Below are positions 20,155-27,824 of a stretch of 44,177 nucleotides of DNA, piece by piece. Positions within the stretch are counted from its first letter, which is position 1. Each line of letters opens with the position of its first letter. The position numbers were made by a program, and so were the translations under genes. The notes under the pieces are model-generated. The model saw only the letters and a program-made list of their open reading frames with translations, was not told the DNA's origin and made no database searches. The stretch is from a virus (taxonomy: Duplodnaviria; Caudoviricetes): positions 1 through 44,177 of IMG/VR virus record IMGVR_UViG_3300029930_000003; one strand, written 5' to 3'.

Positions 20155-20460
20155 TCAGTCATCATATCCGCGAACTTGGGGGTACGAGTTTTGGATTGGT
20201 CTGTTATACAAGATTCTGGCGGAGGTGCTGATGATTTCAGTAACTCTTTCGGAAACGGCCACACTAAGGGCGGATTTCGTAGAGACCCATTGATATGTGG
20301 TTTTGTGTGGGATTTTCTTGGCATGCCCATTTTTCTCCATTTGTTTGAGCGCACGACGAACTGTGCTTATATTGATTAGAAACCTATCGGCAAGTTCTTG
20401 GGGGCTAACCCCAGACTTACGACCATCTAGATAAGTTTTGATTTTTTCAACAGCAGACAT
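20155..20460 (-). CDS. Winged-helix DNA-binding protein
   Basis: SPQELADRFLINISTVRRALKQME HTH; likely start ATG 20460 with GAGG upstream. Confidence 0.7.
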   Translation of the reverse strand: MSAVEKIKTYLDGRKSGVSPQELADRFLINISTVRRALKQMEKNGHAKKIPHKTTYQWVSTKSALSVAVSERVTEIISTSARILYNRPIQNSYPQVRGYDD

Positions 20461-20470
20461 CTTTCCATCC

Positions 20471-20638
20471 TCAACGGTTTTCAAATTGAATTCTTATTTG
20501 TTGATGCAGCAAACGTGTTTCTACAATCATGTGTTGGCATATTTCCTTGGCGGTGATTGCATCTTTAGCTAACAAAGCGTTTTGCAAATCTTTTAGCATA
20601 TGATTAATTTTAATCACGCTTTCGATGTAATCAACCAT
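20471..20638 (-). CDS. Small hypothetical protein (55 aa, not in ORF track)
   Basis: Manual translation MVDYIESVIKINHMLKDLQNALLAKDAITAKEICQHMIVETRLLHQQIRIQFENR; fills the gap, coupled to the upstream stop. Confidence 0.65.
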   Translation of the reverse strand: MVDYIESVIKINHMLKDLQNALLAKDAITAKEICQHMIVETRLLHQQIRIQFENR

Positions 20639-20640
20639 CA

Positions 20641-20874
20641 TCAGTTCCTAAAAATTCTTTTGCTGTTTACAGCCCAACGCAAATCGTTTTCTACATATTC
20701 ATCTTGATACGTTCTATGGTGAGAGTTATAAACCCCAATTAGTTTATTAAGTATGCGCTCATCCGGATGCGCGGTTGCAGAAAACTTGTCTCGAATGTAG
20801 TAAACCCAGACATCTCCTTGTGAACGTTTGATTTTGTTTTGCACACGTTCGATAGCGCTTTCAATATCCAACAT
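20641..20874 (-). CDS. Hypothetical protein
   Basis: 77-aa ORF; TAATG overlap with the upstream gene. Confidence 0.6.
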   Translation of the reverse strand: MLDIESAIERVQNKIKRSQGDVWVYYIRDKFSATAHPDERILNKLIGVYNSHHRTYQDEYVENDLRWAVNSKRIFRN

Positions 20875-21047
20875 TATTTTCCTTTCCTTTCTTTGATCAT
20901 TTGACGGGAGATTTCAAAAGCTTCCTTGGGATCAGCTCCGCTTAGCAAAGCAAATGCTGCAAACCAATCAACTAAAGTAAGCTCTTCGATAGGTGGCGTA
21001 CGTTCGGTCAGCAACCCATCTATGCCTTCAGCTTTTACCTTTGCCAC
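20874..21047 (-). CDS. Small phage protein of the 'TLRDYFAA' type (57 aa, not in ORF track)
   Basis: GTG start with AGGAG RBS; MAKVKAEGIDGLLTERTPPIEELTLVDWFAAFALLSGADPKEAFEISRQMIKERKGK. Confidence 0.65.
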   Translation of the reverse strand: MAKVKAEGIDGLLTERTPPIEELTLVDWFAAFALLSGADPKEAFEISRQMIKERKGK

Positions 21048-21357
21048 GTTTTGTCTCCTTGGGTATTAGGTTGCTAAGTTTCCTTGCCGCCATTTCACTA
21101 AGCGGTAGTTCTTTAAACGACCAGCTTTTAAAGAACGCGTCATTGCGAAGTAGCCGAATGCAATCTTCGATACCTTGTTGGCGTCCAATATCTAAAGTGT
21201 TTTGATGTTTAAAGTACGCCTCGAGAGCATCTCTGATGACAGCAGAAGCTTTGCGTTGAGCAGCCGCGGCTCTGATTTGGTTGTACAACGGTTCTGGCAA
21301 ATGGACCGAATACGGTATCAACTTGTTGGTTAAACTTTTGTAACGGTTTGTTTCCAC
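21028..21357 (-). CDS. Ribbon-helix-helix DNA-binding protein
   Basis: PYSVHLPEPLYNQIRAAA...SAVIRDALEAY RHH pattern. Confidence 0.6.
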   Translation of the reverse strand: METNRYKSLTNKLIPYSVHLPEPLYNQIRAAAAQRKASAVIRDALEAYFKHQNTLDIGRQQGIEDCIRLLRNDAFFKSWSFKELPLSEMAARKLSNLIPKETKRGKGKS

Positions 21358-21743
21358 AATTGAAATCCTTCATGGAGTCGGATGAACTTTTTAGCGGCAT
21401 CCGAGTTAGTGTTTAACTCTGTGCGTGATTTCACTCCAAGATATTCTCGAAGCACTTCGATTGCTTGATCTTCGGTATAAACGTCATCTATAGACTCCGT
21501 GCGGAGGAATAGATGGAACTCTTTATCCCTACAAAGTATGCCGGCAACTTTAACCAGATCGGACGTTTGTTTGGATTTAGAGGGTTCTCTATCTAACCGA
21601 GTCATGGAAACACGATAGTGCGCCCCAACAAAAGACCGGAGCATGTCCTCCGGAATCTCGTCGGGGTGTATCCGAAGTGTCAGCACATACCCAGTAGCAT
21701 CTTGCTTTATCGCTACTTTGATGGCTTCAAATTGGACGTTCAT
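21330..21743 (-). CDS. Hypothetical phage protein
   Basis: 137-aa ORF coupled to the ssb stop. Confidence 0.7.
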   Translation of the reverse strand: MNVQFEAIKVAIKQDATGYVLTLRIHPDEIPEDMLRSFVGAHYRVSMTRLDREPSKSKQTSDLVKVAGILCRDKEFHLFLRTESIDDVYTEDQAIEVLREYLGVKSRTELNTNSDAAKKFIRLHEGFQLWKQTVTKV

Positions 21744-22114
21744 CAGAAGGGAATCTCTTCGTCTTCTGCAGGTTTTTTATTCAACTTACCTGCCAAAATT
21801 TGAAGATCGTTACCGATGATCTCAGTAACGGTTTGTTTGGCACCATCTTTTTCAAAGGAGCGGTACTGAATTCGCCCCTCGACAAAGATCATAGTGCCTT
21901 TGCCTACCCGTTCTCCAACCATATCTGCCAGACGTTTGTAGAACACTACCCGATGCCATTGAGTGTCATCAACCCATTCATCACCCTGTTTTTTCTTGTA
22001 GGTCGTGGCAAGGCTGATAGAGACGACTGTATCCCCATTCGGCAAATGCTTCAGTTCTGGATCGCGCCCGACGTTGCCTATCAAAGTAACCCGATTCACA
22101 CTAGACATGATCAT
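21743..22114 (-). CDS. ssb: Single-stranded DNA-binding protein
   Basis: SVNRVTLIGNVGRDPE N-terminus, WHRVV, acidic EEIPF C-terminus. Confidence 0.95.
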   Translation of the reverse strand: MIMSSVNRVTLIGNVGRDPELKHLPNGDTVVSISLATTYKKKQGDEWVDDTQWHRVVFYKRLADMVGERVGKGTMIFVEGRIQYRSFEKDGAKQTVTEIIGNDLQILAGKLNKKPAEDEEIPF

Positions 22115-22806
22115 CCCTCAAGTTTGTTTTTGGCGTCTCGAAACATCACGAGAGCTTTGTCGTGAGCTGCAGCGTCGCACGACTTCAAGTTATCCCAGAT
22201 TTCTCGGTTGACTTTGAAGATTTCCCGTACGTCTGCAGAGGTGGTTGCAAACTCCAGAGTCGTCTGCAGCATACCCATCACCGCGGTTACCCAACTTTCC
22301 GAATCGCCGTCTTCGTTTAAGCCAATCGACAGTTGCCAACTACCCGGCTTCCCAGATACTTTTTTGGGAGGCTTGGGTGCGTCAGAACCGGCCACTGGTT
22401 TGACTTTGGTCTCGGTTGGTTTCGGAGACTCGGCCCCGGCGGATGCATCGATGATGTCGTGCTCGACAATCTCCATCGCAGCTAGCCAGAGGTAGCGCCT
22501 TTGGTAACTTTCAACCGCTCCCAGATTCTGAATGGGATGCGCCCCCTTGAGGTTGGCCTCGGCCATAGGGCTGCAGATGACGATCTCGCTGCTGTCCTCC
22601 ACGTCCCTAATGACCAAACAGGCGGTTTCGCTGTTGAAAGAAACGATACTTGCCAATCCAAGGTCATGGAATATCTGCATGGTCTGAGGGAGAAAATCTG
22701 CCAGTTCAAAGTATTTGTAACCGGCAAACTTGTTTTCTCCGCTCTTCTTCAGTTCCATACCCTGAAGCTTGATGCGAGCCTGCATGAGCTTCTTATAGAC
22801 GTTCAT
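22111..22806 (-). CDS. erf: ERF-family single-strand annealing protein
   Basis: KKSGENKFAGYKYFELADF and QNLGAVESYQRRY motifs. Confidence 0.9.
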   Translation of the reverse strand: MNVYKKLMQARIKLQGMELKKSGENKFAGYKYFELADFLPQTMQIFHDLGLASIVSFNSETACLVIRDVEDSSEIVICSPMAEANLKGAHPIQNLGAVESYQRRYLWLAAMEIVEHDIIDASAGAESPKPTETKVKPVAGSDAPKPPKKVSGKPGSWQLSIGLNEDGDSESWVTAVMGMLQTTLEFATTSADVREIFKVNREIWDNLKSCDAAAHDKALVMFRDAKNKLEG

Positions 22807-23004
22807 TTAAGCTACCTTCTTTGCTTTGGGCGGACGGCCGCGTTTACGTTTCACAGTGACGGTTGCTGCCGCTGCGGCGGGCTCGGGCGGCTTTTGTTGA
22901 GCCACTAGTTGTCGGCTGATGTTGTACAACACCTCGTCTGAATGGCGTTTTACCGCGGCCAAGACGAACATGGCGTCTTCATTGGTCAATCGAATCGTGA
23001 GCAT
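22807..23004 (-). CDS. Small AT-hook protein
   Basis: KRKRGRPPK motif at the C-terminus. Confidence 0.6.
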   Translation of the reverse strand: MLTIRLTNEDAMFVLAAVKRHSDEVLYNISRQLVAQQKPPEPAAAAATVTVKRKRGRPPKAKKVA

Positions 23005-23869
23005 TTTCGGCTTTCCATTGTTGGTACTGATCGCAAAATCCGGATACGGGGCAGTAGCCCTCGCATCGGACCCGTGAGCCCGGTCTGACTTCTATGAAAT
23101 GGCCGGCGGGTTGGGCTGCAAGATCCCGGTCGGCGTCTTCTCGAACCTCGTAGACTTTCTTAGCTCGTTTACCTCCTTCTTTCATTACGGCATACAGGGT
23201 TGGGCGTTCCCACATTTGATCGGACGTGCAGGGCCGCATAGGACTTTCCAGAGATGCGTCTAGCAATGCGTCACTGTGCTCATCTAACCGGGCTTTAATG
23301 AACGCTATACGGTCTTCCATAGGCCATAGCGGAATCTCAATGGTCACTATTGGAGCCTGTGGGTAGTCCGGATTCTTGGTTTCGCGTTCTTTCCAATCGC
23401 GGATGATGGCAATGATCTGCAGCTTCTTGACCACTTGTTTTTTGACCGCTTCAACCAACCACGCATAGATGTTCAGTTGGTTGACCCAATCTTGCTTTTC
23501 AGTCATCACGGTCCAGCTGGAAGTGACTTTGTAGTCATTAATTATGATGCCGTCTTCCTCAACTTCTTGGAGGTCGATTGCACCAGATATTGTCCAGCCA
23601 TCTAGATGACTGGTCAGGCGCTGTTCGACTATGTGATGCTCATCTTTGCCGTGTTCCAGAATGTTGTGGACGGCGCTACCAAACAGGGACCAAACCATGT
23701 CCGCGGCATCTTGTTCCAGCTCATTCCAATGCATGCGCTTGAGTTGGACAATCCGCGGCGAATTGATCAATTCGGTAGCAGAAATATGTGCCGTGCCCTT
23801 GTTATAGGTTGGACGGTGCAAGACATTGACGATCGTCTGTGGAAGGTTACGTTTGTTGGTAATCTTCAC
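22979..23869 (-). CDS. PD-(D/E)XK Cas4-like exonuclease
   Basis: GSAVH, GAIDL...DYK, QLNIY, C-terminal RCEGYCPVSGFC; adjacent to erf/ssb. Confidence 0.85.
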   Translation of the reverse strand: MKITNKRNLPQTIVNVLHRPTYNKGTAHISATELINSPRIVQLKRMHWNELEQDAADMVWSLFGSAVHNILEHGKDEHHIVEQRLTSHLDGWTISGAIDLQEVEEDGIIINDYKVTSSWTVMTEKQDWVNQLNIYAWLVEAVKKQVVKKLQIIAIIRDWKERETKNPDYPQAPIVTIEIPLWPMEDRIAFIKARLDEHSDALLDASLESPMRPCTSDQMWERPTLYAVMKEGGKRAKKVYEVREDADRDLAAQPAGHFIEVRPGSRVRCEGYCPVSGFCDQYQQWKAENAHDSIDQ

Positions 23870-24114
23870 GACAAAATCCTCTTATCACTTTTTAAGTTGT
23901 CGCAGAACGAAGCGTACAAATCATCGCGTTTTTGCGCCGGCATATCCATCACCTCGGCTACCGTGATCACCCCTACGATGAACGCCATCAGAGCTTGAAT
24001 CGGCGTCACCTCTCGCTCTGCAGTTGTCAACATCTGTTCCAAAAACTTCTTAGCCGCGGCAGCATTGTTTAGCCAGTTCTCCATGCTTGCTTCCCAGTCT
24101 TGTTCTGATTCCAT
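23866..24114 (-). CDS. Hypothetical protein, first gene of the leftward operon
   Basis: 82 aa, AGGAGAGAG RBS. Confidence 0.65.
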   Translation of the reverse strand: MESEQDWEASMENWLNNAAAAKKFLEQMLTTAEREVTPIQALMAFIVGVITVAEVMDMPAQKRDDLYASFCDNLKSDKRILS

Positions 24115-24144
24115 CGCTCTCTCCTAACAGGTACAAGGGAGCGC

Positions 24145-24190
24145 ATCCTAACAGGTAGCTTTGCATCGTGTCAACAACCACGTTTAATAT
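24145..24190. promoter_or_regulatory. Overlapping divergent sigma70-like promoters
   Basis: Leftward TTGACA(24174-24169)-18-TAGGAT with TG extension; rightward TTGCAT(24161)-18-TAATAT(24185). Confidence 0.55.
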
Positions 24191-24196
24191 TTCGGA

Positions 24197-24481
24197 ATGA
24201 GAGCCGCTCGAGTCGATGCCAATCAGCAGGAGATCGTAAAAGCCTTACGATCAGTAGGGGCTTATGTCCGGGTGATTACTCAGGGTGATGGGTTGCCGGA
24301 CTTGTTGGTGGGTTACCGCGGGGTGACCTTGTTGATGGAGGTCAAAGACGGATCCAAACCGCCATCAGCGCAGAAGTTGACAGAGGCAGAACAGAAGTTT
24401 TTTGACGAGTGGACAGGGGGGGCGTTGATCAAAGTGACCTCAGTCGAGGATGTCATTGCCGCCCTAAGGAAATTTGGGTAA
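24197..24481 (+). CDS. VRR-NUC-like PD-(D/E)XK nuclease / resolvase
   Basis: RAARVDANQ...GLPDLLVGYRG..LMEVKDG...LTEAEQKF. Confidence 0.8.
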   Translation: MRAARVDANQQEIVKALRSVGAYVRVITQGDGLPDLLVGYRGVTLLMEVKDGSKPPSAQKLTEAEQKFFDEWTGGALIKVTSVEDVIAALRKFG

Positions 24482-24514
24482 ACTTGGGTCTCTCTCTCCT
24501 TCGTTTGAAGTTTA

Positions 24515-24545
24515 CAGGGCTCCCTCTCCGGCCCTGTTTTTTTTT
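24515..24545 (+). terminator. Rho-independent terminator
   Basis: ACAGGGC-loop-GCCCTGT followed by a T-run. Confidence 0.8.
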
Positions 24546-24547
24546 GC

Positions 24548-24576
24548 TTGACAAAAGTTTTTAAGCCTCGGATAAT
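24548..24576 (+). promoter_or_regulatory. Strong sigma70 promoter
   Basis: TTGACA-17 bp-GATAAT. Confidence 0.75.
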
Positions 24577-24583
24577 CCGTTCC

Positions 24584-24691
24584 GTTGGTGTGAGAGCCGA
24601 CAGAGCCGTCTAGCCTGACTCCGACCCCAGTAGGGGTAACCTAAGCAGCAAACTTAGGTCTCTCACCGGGGTCAGCCTAGACGGTTTTTTT
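24584..24691 (+). ncRNA. Structured leader RNA / branched terminator with loop pseudoknot (c4/P4-CI-like architecture)
   Basis: Hairpin 24584-24601; branched stem 24605-24685 ending in a U-run; loop GTGAGAG complementary to CTCTCAC. Confidence 0.6.
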
Positions 24692-24703
24692 ATCTCCACA
24701 TCA

Positions 24704-24934
24704 GCCGTACTCCGCACGTTAGCAAGGGCCTGAATGGGCTGCGCGGAAGCAAACACACGGCGTCGATACACCCCCGAATGTCCGTTACCAGCCTGTCAGT
24801 GAGGGACTGGTGTAGGTATGGTTAACAAGGGTGGTAGACAAGGACCATACCGAACGAATCGCTGCCTCCGGGGAGCTTGGGTAGCACAAAGAAAAGTGCT
24901 GCTGGAGCAGGGATGGTTTAGCTACCACCCCTTG
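24704..24934 (+). ncRNA. Candidate ~230-nt multi-helix RNA with two pseudoknots
   Basis: At least six helices and two loop-distal pairings readable by eye; no ORF of 60 aa or more. Confidence 0.55.
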
Positions 24935-25022
24935 GGGTTGTTGTAAGCTTTTGAAATCAACAGGTAGGAATTTTTTTTCTTGGGTGTTGACTTTTGTATG
25001 GCAAAAAGCGTAAGGTTTGGAC

Positions 25023-25042
25023 TTTGATAACTAGTTATCAAA
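25023..25042. promoter_or_regulatory. 20-bp perfect palindrome, copy 2 (operator position before the ParB-like gene)
   Basis: Between a putative promoter (TTGACT 24987 / TAAGGT 25011) and the AAGGAG RBS. Confidence 0.8.
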
Positions 25043-25060
25043 ACTTTTAAGGAGAACTGG

Positions 25061-25870
25061 ATGTACCTCAAGCTAGATAACATCGTTGTGGATGCGAAAT
25101 TTCAGTCTCGAGTTCAGTTGGACAGGGAGAAGATTGAGGACTATGCGGAGCTGTACAACGACGGGGTGAAGTTCCCGCCGGTCAACGTAGTGATGGTGGA
25201 CTCGGTAGGTGCCGTATTGGTAGATGGCTTCCACAGGTTTAAGGCGGTAGAGCAGCTTGGGGACTTTGAGATTGAGGTTGTTGTGCTGCCGGGGAGCACC
25301 GAGGATGACGCGTTGCTAGCGTCTTGCGCGGCGAACAAGGCACACGGACTTAACCGGACGGACGCGGACAAGCGTAAAGCGGTAGAGCAGCTGTTGGCGC
25401 ATCCCAAGTTCAGCAAGTGGACACAGCGGGAAATTGCGAAGCATTGCGGCGTTACGCAGCCGTATGTTCACAAGATTATGAAAGACATGGAGATCCCGTC
25501 GCCGCGGCCCCGCAGCGCACCCAATCAGAAGCCTGTGAAAGAGGTTCCGGAGGTCAAAGCAACTCCTGTGGTGGAACCTGTTGAACCGCAGCAGGTTGAT
25601 AACGAAGATCTGCAGGTGTTGGTCGCGGAGAACGAGCGGCTGCAGGAGCAGATAGCTTTGGGAACGTTACCTGAAGAGGACCGAGAGGCGGGTCGTCGGC
25701 TCATGGACGACATGAAAGCTGAAATCAAGTTGCTGCAGGCTGAGTTGAAGACGGTAACGACCAGTCGTGACACGTTTCAAGCAGAGAACGCACAACTGAA
25801 GAAGCAAGTCATTGCACAACAGCGGCGAATCAAAAAACTGGAACAAGAACTTATGCAGAAAGCGGCGTAA
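25061..25870 (+). CDS. ParB/Srx-like N-terminal domain + HTH + coiled-coil protein
   Basis: FPPVNV...LVDGFHRFKA ParB motif, ANKAHGL, WTQREIAKHCGVTQPYV HTH, C-terminal heptads. Confidence 0.85.
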   Translation: MYLKLDNIVVDAKFQSRVQLDREKIEDYAELYNDGVKFPPVNVVMVDSVGAVLVDGFHRFKAVEQLGDFEIEVVVLPGSTEDDALLASCAANKAHGLNRTDADKRKAVEQLLAHPKFSKWTQREIAKHCGVTQPYVHKIMKDMEIPSPRPRSAPNQKPVKEVPEVKATPVVEPVEPQQVDNEDLQVLVAENERLQEQIALGTLPEEDREAGRRLMDDMKAEIKLLQAELKTVTTSRDTFQAENAQLKKQVIAQQRRIKKLEQELMQKAA

Positions 25871-25898
25871 TTGTTGGAATTCTTAAGAAGGTGGGGCA

Positions 25899-26222
25899 AT
25901 GATTAATCGCGTGACTGCAATTGTTCTATTGACTTTGAGCCTAAGCGTACAGGCTGAGTTCAAGGATGGGAATGATCTTTTGAAAGACCTTGAATCAAAC
26001 AACCTAGTCGATGAAATGGTGGCCCTTGGATACATCATAGGGGTGTCGGATGTAGGAGTCGGAATCATTCACTGTGTGCCACACGGGGTGCGGGCCAAAC
26101 AACTGGTGGACATGACCCGCAACTACCTTAAGCTATATCCATCTGACCGACATTTATCCGCAGACACGCTGATTAATCGGATGTTGAAGGCGCAATGGCC
26201 CTGTAAGAGGAGCAATACATGA
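25899..26222 (+). CDS. Secreted Rap1a/Tai-family immunity-like protein
   Basis: Signal peptide ending VQA; DGNDLL, GYIIGVSD, C.P, YLKLYPSDRHLSA, terminal WPC. Confidence 0.75.
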   Translation: MINRVTAIVLLTLSLSVQAEFKDGNDLLKDLESNNLVDEMVALGYIIGVSDVGVGIIHCVPHGVRAKQLVDMTRNYLKLYPSDRHLSADTLINRMLKAQWPCKRSNT

Positions 26223-26857
26223 GCTATGTTTTTGCGTCTTTGCCCCCGGTTAAATGCTTTGTCAGGCGGGAATTTCTCTACAACTTTCATAAAGGGCATG
26301 GAGAGTTAGAGCCTGCCATCTGGATCAGTTTAAAGGCGTTGCGGGGTCAGGTATTTAGGATTGAGTCTCTCCTTCCTAACTACGGCGCTCTGTACGACAA
26401 ACTTCCCATCCATGCTTATGTATGGAAAGAAGACGCTACCAACCTTCCCATAGATGTTTTGCAACTTTGGGATTGCATGGGGTATCGGTTTACGGTGGGC
26501 GAGAAGATTGGCCTTAGAAACCTTGGCGTGAAGTTCCTTGGCAAAGACCGGGAGTGGCATTTCGGAAATTACATGTTCACGGTTGACTTCTGTGCCGATG
26601 GGATGGATCTTGACACCGGATTCAGCGAACAGGCTGAGGAGCATAAATCCTTCAACTTTATTCGGTTGGAGGGGGGTCAGTTTGCTGTGCAGCCAAACAA
26701 TCGATGCCTCTGGTATGACCAGAGTCTGGTGTCACCGATTTCTAAGTCGCCAGATTTTGAGGCAGCAAAACAGTTCTGGTCTGTAGATGGAACAAGGAAA
26801 TGGACAACAAGCGACGATTGGTTCTACGACATAAAGGAACGAAATGAACTGCCCTAA
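26219..26857 (+). CDS. Conserved phage hypothetical protein
   Basis: VRREFLY...GHGE...YGALYDKLPIHA...QPNNR motifs; ATGA coupling. Confidence 0.75.
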   Translation: MSYVFASLPPVKCFVRREFLYNFHKGHGELEPAIWISLKALRGQVFRIESLLPNYGALYDKLPIHAYVWKEDATNLPIDVLQLWDCMGYRFTVGEKIGLRNLGVKFLGKDREWHFGNYMFTVDFCADGMDLDTGFSEQAEEHKSFNFIRLEGGQFAVQPNNRCLWYDQSLVSPISKSPDFEAAKQFWSVDGTRKWTTSDDWFYDIKERNELP

Positions 26858-26984
26858 ATGCCAAGGTAAAACAAAGGTCACGCGATCATTTGATTTGTTC
26901 CGTAAACGCCTGTGCCTCGGATGTGGTTTCACGTTTGTCACCGAGGAGGTGGTACGGCCAGACGGAAAGGTGCCATTTAAATGA
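26844..26984 (+). CDS. NrdR-like zinc-ribbon protein (46 aa, not in ORF track)
   Basis: MNCPKCQGKTKV...RKRLCLGCGFTFVTEE; AAGGA RBS; ATGA overlap with the next gene. Confidence 0.7.
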   Translation: MNCPKCQGKTKVTRSFDLFRKRLCLGCGFTFVTEEVVRPDGKVPFK

Positions 26985-27202
26985 ACCGAGACGACATCAT
27001 CAGGATGGCGCAGGAGGCGAATTTGTGGATCACAAGCGATGAGAGACGAGAGGCTGTTGTTCGCTTCGCTGCCCTTGTCGCCGCTGCCGAGCGTGAAGCG
27101 TGTGCGAAGGAATGTGAAGATGAAATCAAGCGGGTAAAACCAATCTACTCCGTGGTTGCCGAAAATGTCTTGAAAGCCATCCGAGCAAGGGGAGAGAAAT
27201 GA
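26981..27202 (+). CDS. Hypothetical phage protein
   Basis: RFAALVAAAEREACAK...AIRARG motif common in betaproteobacterial-type phages. Confidence 0.75.
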   Translation: MNRDDIIRMAQEANLWITSDERREAVVRFAALVAAAEREACAKECEDEIKRVKPIYSVVAENVLKAIRARGEK

Positions 27203-27501
27203 GCATCAAAACAATGCAACGAGCATTGAGCGCAGCAAAGGTTGCAGACCTTTATATCAAAGAAAAAATAACTGGTTCGGAGAACCGTAAAATGGCGCAA
27301 CAATTTTTGGCAAAATCAAACGCCGAACTCCGCGCTGCAATCAAGCAGGCGCAAAAACCGCGCCGAGAATGGCAAGGGCTGACGGAAGTTGAGATTGTAG
27401 GCATGACCTGTGAATGCGTTGACGATGGGACGTTTAACATGGATTGTGCCATTGACTTCGCCCGCGCTATCGAAGCAAGACTGAAGGAAAATAACACATG
27501 A
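27199..27501 (+). CDS. Hypothetical protein, WxGLT paralogue 1
   Basis: REWQGLT...FARAIEARLKENNT. Confidence 0.75.
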   Translation: MSIKTMQRALSAAKVADLYIKEKITGSENRKMAQQFLAKSNAELRAAIKQAQKPRREWQGLTEVEIVGMTCECVDDGTFNMDCAIDFARAIEARLKENNT

Positions 27502-27824
27502 GCCTTGACGCAATGAAGCAGGCGCTAGAGGCGTTGGAATTCTTGGCGCTGGAAAATTTTGTCGAGCTGGATAAATCGTTAAACGTAGGGCCAACTCACG
27601 GCAGAAAAGCAATCATTGCCCTCCGCGCTGCAATCGAACAGGAGCATGAGCCGGTGGAATGTATGTGTGGTATTTGCAAGCTAGGTAAACGGGAATGGCA
27701 AGGGCTGACGGATGAGGAGGTAAGCGAAATCCTTGATCGAGAGATCGGTTTCAATTCTTGCTTTGGGCCTGAAACCGACTTCGCCCGCGCTATCGAAGCC
27801 AAGCTAAAGGAGAAGAACACATGA
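27498..27824 (+). CDS. Hypothetical protein, WxGLT paralogue 2
   Basis: REWQGLTDEE...FARAIEAKLKEKNT. Confidence 0.75.
   Translation: MSLDAMKQALEALEFLALENFVELDKSLNVGPTHGRKAIIALRAAIEQEHEPVECMCGICKLGKREWQGLTDEEVSEILDREIGFNSCFGPETDFARAIEAKLKEKNT

Noticed and set aside
22979-23869. Cas4-like nuclease as evidence of CRISPR-Cas
   Set aside because: No repeat-spacer array or other cas genes; sits in an erf/ssb recombination module
24605-24685. Cloverleaf-like branched structure as a tRNA
   Set aside because: No TTC T-loop, no 7-nt anticodon loop geometry, no CCA; stem is too long and ends in a U-tract
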